A DNA stretch of 64,000 nt from Shigella phage SHFML-26: the sequence record KX130862, one strand, 5' to 3'. The notes under the pieces were generated by a model, which searched no databases, had not been told where the DNA came from, and saw only the letters and a list, made by a program, of their open reading frames with translations. Positions 59,754-64,000 of the stretch are shown here, one piece after another. The position numbers were made by a program, and so were the translations under genes. Numbering within the stretch: position 1 is the first letter of the stretch; the number at the start of each line of letters is the position of its first letter.

Positions 59754-59962
59754 TTTGGTTTACCTTCTTTAACGAAATCAGGATAAGGATAAAATCCTGA
59801 ATAAAATCCTTCACCTTTATGATTGATGCATCCTTTATTAGAACAATAGCACCAATAATCGAAATCACAAGCCATTTCATCATTACATAAAGCAAAAACA
59901 ATCGGCCATTCACACTTTTCGCAGTGGGCATTTTTAAGAATACTAGTTTGGCTCATAACCAT
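59750..59962 (-). CDS. Cys-rich small protein (putative zinc-binding)
   Basis: ORF track 59750..59977 trimmed to internal Met; many Cys. Confidence 0.4.
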   Translation of the reverse strand: MVMSQTSILKNAHCEKCEWPIVFALCNDEMACDFDYWCYCSNKGCINHKGEGFYSGFYPYPDFVKEGKPK

Positions 59963-60165
59963 GTAACCTTTAAACAATATTCTTCTACATGTTGTTTACG
60001 ACCTTTCCTATCAATAAAGGTATATTCAACGAATGTTCCAATATAGTCTTTATCTACATCATGTGGACTATTAATTGGGCATTTAGTACGGCAAATGCGT
60101 TCCCATTGACGAATAATTTCCACTTTGTTTTTAGGATCAAACGGATGCGGGTAATGTACTTTCAT
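59953..60165 (-). CDS. hypothetical protein
   Basis: ORF track. Confidence 0.4.
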   Translation of the reverse strand: MKVHYPHPFDPKNKVEIIRQWERICRTKCPINSPHDVDKDYIGTFVEYTFIDRKGRKQHVEEYCLKVTWL

Positions 60166-60616
60166 AATCCACCACTATTAAATCAATATCAGGAGTAAAC
60201 ATGTCGATTAATTTAGAAACCTTATCCCAATCGCCGCCAGCAATACCGCAACCTATGCGTGGAATGTAAATTACTGGTTTAAACAAAAGGGTTTCTGCCT
60301 GTAGATTTAATTCTATCATGCAGTTTACTAAAGCACCATAATCAAGATTAGGACCCGGTTCGTATTGTGTATACAGGTTATAGCATATACCAAATCCCGT
60401 AGGACTATGTTTAAAAACAATAGACATATCGCCTAATTTATCACGAGAACCGTACTCGGTAGTGGTTTTATCTATTTCTAAAATTTTGGGATAGGCTCTT
60501 GCTAATTGACCTGCTACGCCAGAGCCCATTGTGTGGAAGCAATTGCACCCGTGCGCAATAATATTACCTTGAAGAAATAGGGCGACAATATCGCCCTTGA
60601 TATATTTTACAATCAT
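60137..60616 (-). CDS. macro-domain (ADP-ribose-binding/processing) protein
   Basis: Motif HGCNCFHTMGSGVAGQ resembles macro-domain NAAN + G-rich loop. Confidence 0.5.
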   Translation of the reverse strand: MIVKYIKGDIVALFLQGNIIAHGCNCFHTMGSGVAGQLARAYPKILEIDKTTTEYGSRDKLGDMSIVFKHSPTGFGICYNLYTQYEPGPNLDYGALVNCMIELNLQAETLLFKPVIYIPRIGCGIAGGDWDKVSKLIDMFTPDIDLIVVDYESTLPASV

Positions 60617-60954
60617 CTAGTACTCAATCCTCGATTATAAGAATCTACTAAACGGTCAACCATTGAATGACAAGCGGCTTTATCTTTCTCCTCCGCAACT
60701 GAACATTCTAAGGTATTCCACTTTTTAGCATATCGTTTTAACAATGTATCATTTTTGTATCTGCTTGATTTATCTCTTTCTCCGTCTTTATATGCATATA
60801 TTAATTTCTGCGCAAATTCAGCTTGGCATGCTTTATTTTTCCCGCAATAATCCGCTGCAGTACGGTTTACATACTCTCTAATTTCAGTATATGATGTATC
60901 TGCTAACGCAGAAAATGAAATTAATCCTATACATAAAACCAAAATTTTAGTCAT
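60613..60954 (-). CDS. secreted protein (signal peptide)
   Basis: ORF track; N-terminal signal sequence. Confidence 0.45.
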   Translation of the reverse strand: MTKILVLCIGLISFSALADTSYTEIREYVNRTAADYCGKNKACQAEFAQKLIYAYKDGERDKSSRYKNDTLLKRYAKKWNTLECSVAEEKDKAACHSMVDRLVDSYNRGLSTR

Positions 60955-61321
60955 TTACTATTTCCAAAAGTTTATTATTTTTAAGGTAATTAGCCTTTTC
61001 TAGGACTTCAGAAGCATATTTAGAACCTGCTTTAACATTCCATCCCGAATTATAAGAGGATATTGCTTTTCTTATATCGCCCTTATGTATATTTAACCAA
61101 TAAGAAAGTTCAATGTACGCCCAGGAAGCTGAATTGGACCGTTTATTCAACATTCTTTTTATTTCAGCATCGGTCATATTATAACCAAGTTCCTTGACTC
61201 TCGCTCGCATAGTAGGCAAATAATTTTGGAACATTCCATAGGCATGATGCTTTGGTTTAGATTTTAAATTAACTCCGGCAGAGCTTTCTTGCCACAAAAT
61301 AGCAGCCATTATATGACCCAA
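60947..61321 (-). CDS. lytic-transglycosylase-like (SLT domain) protein
   Basis: ES...AYGMFQ-type SLT motif. Confidence 0.5.
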   Translation of the reverse strand: MGHIMAAILWQESSAGVNLKSKPKHHAYGMFQNYLPTMRARVKELGYNMTDAEIKRMLNKRSNSASWAYIELSYWLNIHKGDIRKAISSYNSGWNVKAGSKYASEVLEKANYLKNNKLLEIVND

Positions 61322-61491
61322 TCCGCTCTTATGGATGTTTTTGTGTGTTTTATATTTTCCATCCTTAGAAAATTGTTCCCGAATTGATACGCGTAACGCA
61401 TGTTATCGAGTTGGACATTACTGAAAGTATGCTCGGAGCTATGTGCCATCATTGAAATGGCCAATAGACCAGCGAGTAGTGCTTTTCTCAT
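61309..61491 (-). CDS. small secreted protein
   Basis: ORF track; signal-like N-terminus. Confidence 0.35.
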   Translation of the reverse strand: MRKALLAGLLAISMMAHSSEHTFSNVQLDNMRYAYQFGNNFLRMENIKHTKTSIRADWVI

Positions 61492-61498
61492 GCTTACC

Positions 61499-61960
61499 TC
61501 ATTGAGTTTTAATTACTGCTTTAGAAGCCTTTCCTGGTAAACGACGACTGTTGATAATTGCCATCCTGCATTGAAGTGACGGGTTTTTGAACTTCTCATT
61601 AGGCTTACAAACCGTAAATCCAAGCCAAAGATTTCCATCTGTGATTTCTAAACGTCCAGGACGATATTCAACCCCATCAATAAAATCCTCGTCAATGTCA
61701 GGACGCGGAGGCATACTCAGGAATTCATTAACTTCTAAAACATGGTCTTTTATTTTATGGAATAATTCAAAAACATATGTCTCATCAATCTCCCGTTGAA
61801 TTGCACGATCAAGAAGATGTTGAGAATATTTTAGATGAAACGATGAGACTCCTGCTGCTTTTGATGCCTCACGAATCTCATTGTTAATTTGACGAAACTC
61901 CGACTCAAAATGACGACGAAGCTTATTTCGACGGATAAAAACTTCTGTATTGATAGTCAT
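61499..61960 (-). CDS. regB: RegB endoribonuclease
   Basis: 153 aa; recognised RegB sequence; early promoter upstream. Confidence 0.8.
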   Translation of the reverse strand: MTINTEVFIRRNKLRRHFESEFRQINNEIREASKAAGVSSFHLKYSQHLLDRAIQREIDETYVFELFHKIKDHVLEVNEFLSMPPRPDIDEDFIDGVEYRPGRLEITDGNLWLGFTVCKPNEKFKNPSLQCRMAIINSRRLPGKASKAVIKTQ

Positions 61961-61987
61961 GTTGTTCTCCTCTTAACTGATAGAAAA

Positions 61988-62017
61988 ATTATACCACAGT
62001 CAAGAGGAAAAGTAAAC
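61988..62017 (-). promoter_or_regulatory. T4-type early promoter upstream of regB
   Basis: GTTTAC ... TATAAT. Confidence 0.55.
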
Positions 62018-62019
62018 AG

Positions 62020-62340
62020 TTATTCTTTAAATCTAATCAATTTATTCATAGACTTTGAAACTTCTGCACGAACCTCATGTAGATTTTTGAGCTGTTCAAG
62101 ACGCTGCGTATAGTAAGCAATTTCATCTTCTTCGAGACAGTCCTGTGAATCTTCTTTAAGATAACGTGCATAGTCCTGGAAAGCGTTACGGACTACTTCC
62201 TGGAAATCATCAAGACTTTGAATTTTCTTAGGAGCAACAGATACACGACGAGGGGCAGTATAATACTCATAACCAAACCCTGCGCTTAATTGAGCCATTA
62301 GTATTTTTCCTCTGGTTGGAACACTGCACGACAAGCCCAC
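62020..62340 (-). CDS. hypothetical protein (vs.3 position)
   Basis: ORF track. Confidence 0.45.
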   Translation of the reverse strand: MGLSCSVPTRGKILMAQLSAGFGYEYYTAPRRVSVAPKKIQSLDDFQEVVRNAFQDYARYLKEDSQDCLEEDEIAYYTQRLEQLKNLHEVRAEVSKSMNKLIRFKE

Positions 62341-62564
62341 ATACTGGATTCTTTGAGTTTCGTTTTAGCAATAGTTAACTGATCGAGGCTTTCGGCGTAA
62401 TTCTTCGCGAGTTCATCATCTTCACAGCTATCAAATGCTTCCCAAAATTCATCGTATAAAGCATCAAAGATAAGTCCTAAACGAACTTCAGCGTCTTTAA
62501 TAGCATTTACTTTACCGATTTTTTCGTCGGTATGTGGCTTATAACCTTTAATATCTTCAATCAT
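62298..62564 (-). CDS. hypothetical protein (vs.4 position; possible Acb2-like cyclic-nucleotide sponge)
   Basis: ORF track trimmed to MIEDIKGY; assignment by position only. Confidence 0.35.
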   Translation of the reverse strand: MIEDIKGYKPHTDEKIGKVNAIKDAEVRLGLIFDALYDEFWEAFDSCEDDELAKNYAESLDQLTIAKTKLKESSMWACRAVFQPEEKY

Positions 62565-62778
62565 ATTTGACTTCCTCACCAGTACATAAATCGTATTCAA
62601 CTAAACGAATAGGTTCATGAATGCCATATCCCTGAACAGAAATTTCTGTAGTAGGATAAATTCCATTAATATCACCCATGTTCCATGCTTCGTTAAATTG
62701 CTGTTCGCCTGAATTACTAAACCATTCGGCGAAAGCATTTAGCACATCTTCAGAACCTTCAATAATTATCTTTGCCAT
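62557..62778 (-). CDS. hypothetical protein
   Basis: ORF track. Confidence 0.4.
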   Translation of the reverse strand: MAKIIIEGSEDVLNAFAEWFSNSGEQQFNEAWNMGDINGIYPTTEISVQGYGIHEPIRLVEYDLCTGEEVKYD

Positions 62779-63140
62779 TACAAACTCTCGGTAAAGGTAC
62801 GAGCGATAACATCGCGCTGCTGTTCCGGAGTCAGAGAGTTAAAGCGAACTGCATAACCGGATACACGGATGGTCAGCTGCGGATATTTTTCCGGATGCTT
62901 AACTGCATCTTCCAGAGTTTCACGACGCAGAACGTTAACGTTCAGGTGTTGACCACCTTCAATTTTAACTGTAGGCTGTTGCTCAATTTCAATTTCACGG
63001 GCATGCAAACCGTAGAAAATTTCTGGGTCTACAAAAGAGTCCTCTTTAAAGGTTTTAGAGACAATAATTCGTGCTTGAATACCATCTTCAAAATAAATAG
63101 TACCTTTATGTGTGCCTTCAAGAATTTGATATGCTTTCAT
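62778..63140 (-). CDS. autonomous glycyl-radical cofactor-like protein (GrcA/YfiD-like)
   Basis: C-terminal glycyl-radical motif [11 protein letters not shown]. Confidence 0.6.
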   Translation of the reverse strand: MKAYQILEGTHKGTIYFEDGIQARIIVSKTFKEDSFVDPEIFYGLHAREIEIEQQPTVKIEGGQHLNVNVLRRETLEDAVKHPEKYPQLTIRVSGYAVRFNSLTPEQQRDVIARTFTESL

Positions 63141-63147
63141 ATAAACC

Positions 63148-63528
63148 TCAATTAGAAAATAAATTTATCCAAGATTGTTCTTTAATTAAAAACGGCTCAG
63201 AATCATATGCCATTAAACTTTGCGTAATTAATCCTTTAAAAGGTCCATCAATAAATTCCATGGTAAAATATGGAATTTTATTCATTAGCCGTGCATTAGG
63301 AGCAGTGCACAAAACTCTGCATCCTTTGAATACGCCTTTTTGTAATTTGTATTGCTTAGGATAAAATTCGCTTAAAATGTTATTTTTTGCCAAAATTTCA
63401 AAATGATTCACCAATTTATTTTTAATAGTTTTTGGCGAAAAATAAAGATATTCGAAAAGCTGAGTGTCTGTCATCATTGCATTCCGATTACGAAAAACTG
63501 CGGACGAGTAATACCACCAATGCAACAT
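63148..63528 (-). CDS. hypothetical protein
   Basis: ORF track. Confidence 0.4.
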   Translation of the reverse strand: MLHWWYYSSAVFRNRNAMMTDTQLFEYLYFSPKTIKNKLVNHFEILAKNNILSEFYPKQYKLQKGVFKGCRVLCTAPNARLMNKIPYFTMEFIDGPFKGLITQSLMAYDSEPFLIKEQSWINLFSN

Positions 63529-63977
63529 TTACTATTACAGCAGTGTTGCACAGTTTCAATATGAATATCGTAAATTTTATCCATATCAGGAGATTTAACA
63601 GGCTCATCGATTATATACAAAATTCGCGAAAGAGATAAACCTCTGAACTTGCTTCCTTTATTACCGATAAAACTACGGACAGAATCAGTAAATAAGCGGA
63701 ATCGAATATCATCACTAGAATAACGAGAAAATTCTTTTTTAATGTGGCCTGCAGAAATTTTAGCGTAAGCTGAAGTATTAGAAAGAACAATAACTGTTCC
63801 ACCGTCATACAGCCAATTAGCAGCAAAGTTAGTCACAGCAGTTGATTTACCAGATTGGCGTCCACCATCTAGTCGAAGTGTACAATATTGTTTAAGCAAG
63901 TCTTCAAATGGTGGGGTATAATCGTTTTTACAAATTTCTTCTACTCTAGCATCAGAATGGTGTGTAAAAGCATTCAT
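63474..63977 (-). CDS. P-loop-containing hypothetical protein
   Basis: Walker A-like GGRQSGKST. Confidence 0.45.
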   Translation of the reverse strand: MNAFTHHSDARVEEICKNDYTPPFEDLLKQYCTLRLDGGRQSGKSTAVTNFAANWLYDGGTVIVLSNTSAYAKISAGHIKKEFSRYSSDDIRFRLFTDSVRSFIGNKGSKFRGLSLSRILYIIDEPVKSPDMDKIYDIHIETVQHCCNSKCCIGGITRPQFFVIGMQ

Positions 63978-64000
63978 CAGGGATAGATAAGGACCAGTTA

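Noticed and set aside
1-64000. CRISPR arrays, tRNA/rRNA genes, integrase/attachment sites, group I introns
   Set aside because: No spaced direct repeats, no cloverleaf-like segments, no recombinase ORFs and no interrupted genes consistent with introns were seen; nrdD and topoisomerase are continuous.

Overview
This window reads as a T-even (T4-like, Tevenvirinae) phage segment covering the early/replication region from rIIB to the regB/vs genes, with almost every gene on the minus strand. All calls rest on reading the six-frame translations and the DNA directly; no database search was run. Recognisable genes in minus-strand order are rIIA/rIIB, an unsplit topoisomerase II large subunit (gene 39, with no gene-60 split), dexA, dda, modA/modB, soc, 56, 61, sp, dmd, 41, uvsX, 42, imm, 43, 45, rpbA, 46, 47, a-gt, 55, nrdH/nrdG/nrdD, 49, nrdC, rI, tk and regB. 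Two free-standing homing endonuclease genes are present (HNH between 46 and 47; GIY-YIG between nrdG and nrdD). T4-type early promoters, three late promoters and UUCG-loop terminator hairpins are readable in the DNA. The two most striking observations are lesions in the replication block: an in-frame TAG at codon 55 of the DNA polymerase gene 43, and an apparent in-frame fusion of the first 182 codons of clamp-loader gene 44 to the last 77 codons of regA, with gene 62 absent. Both would be lethal in a wild-type phage, so this is a mutant or engineered strain, a sequence error, or an unusual recoding case. Other leads are an ATPase/nucleotidyltransferase/membrane-protein module, four tandem coiled-coil genes, ADP-ribosyltransferases plus a macro-domain protein, and candidate anti-defence genes (dmd, sp, and weaker Acb2-like, TifA-like and AdfA-like candidates by position). 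Many small ORFs are listed as hypothetical with modest confidence; start codons were adjusted where the ORF track used an upstream or non-ATG start.
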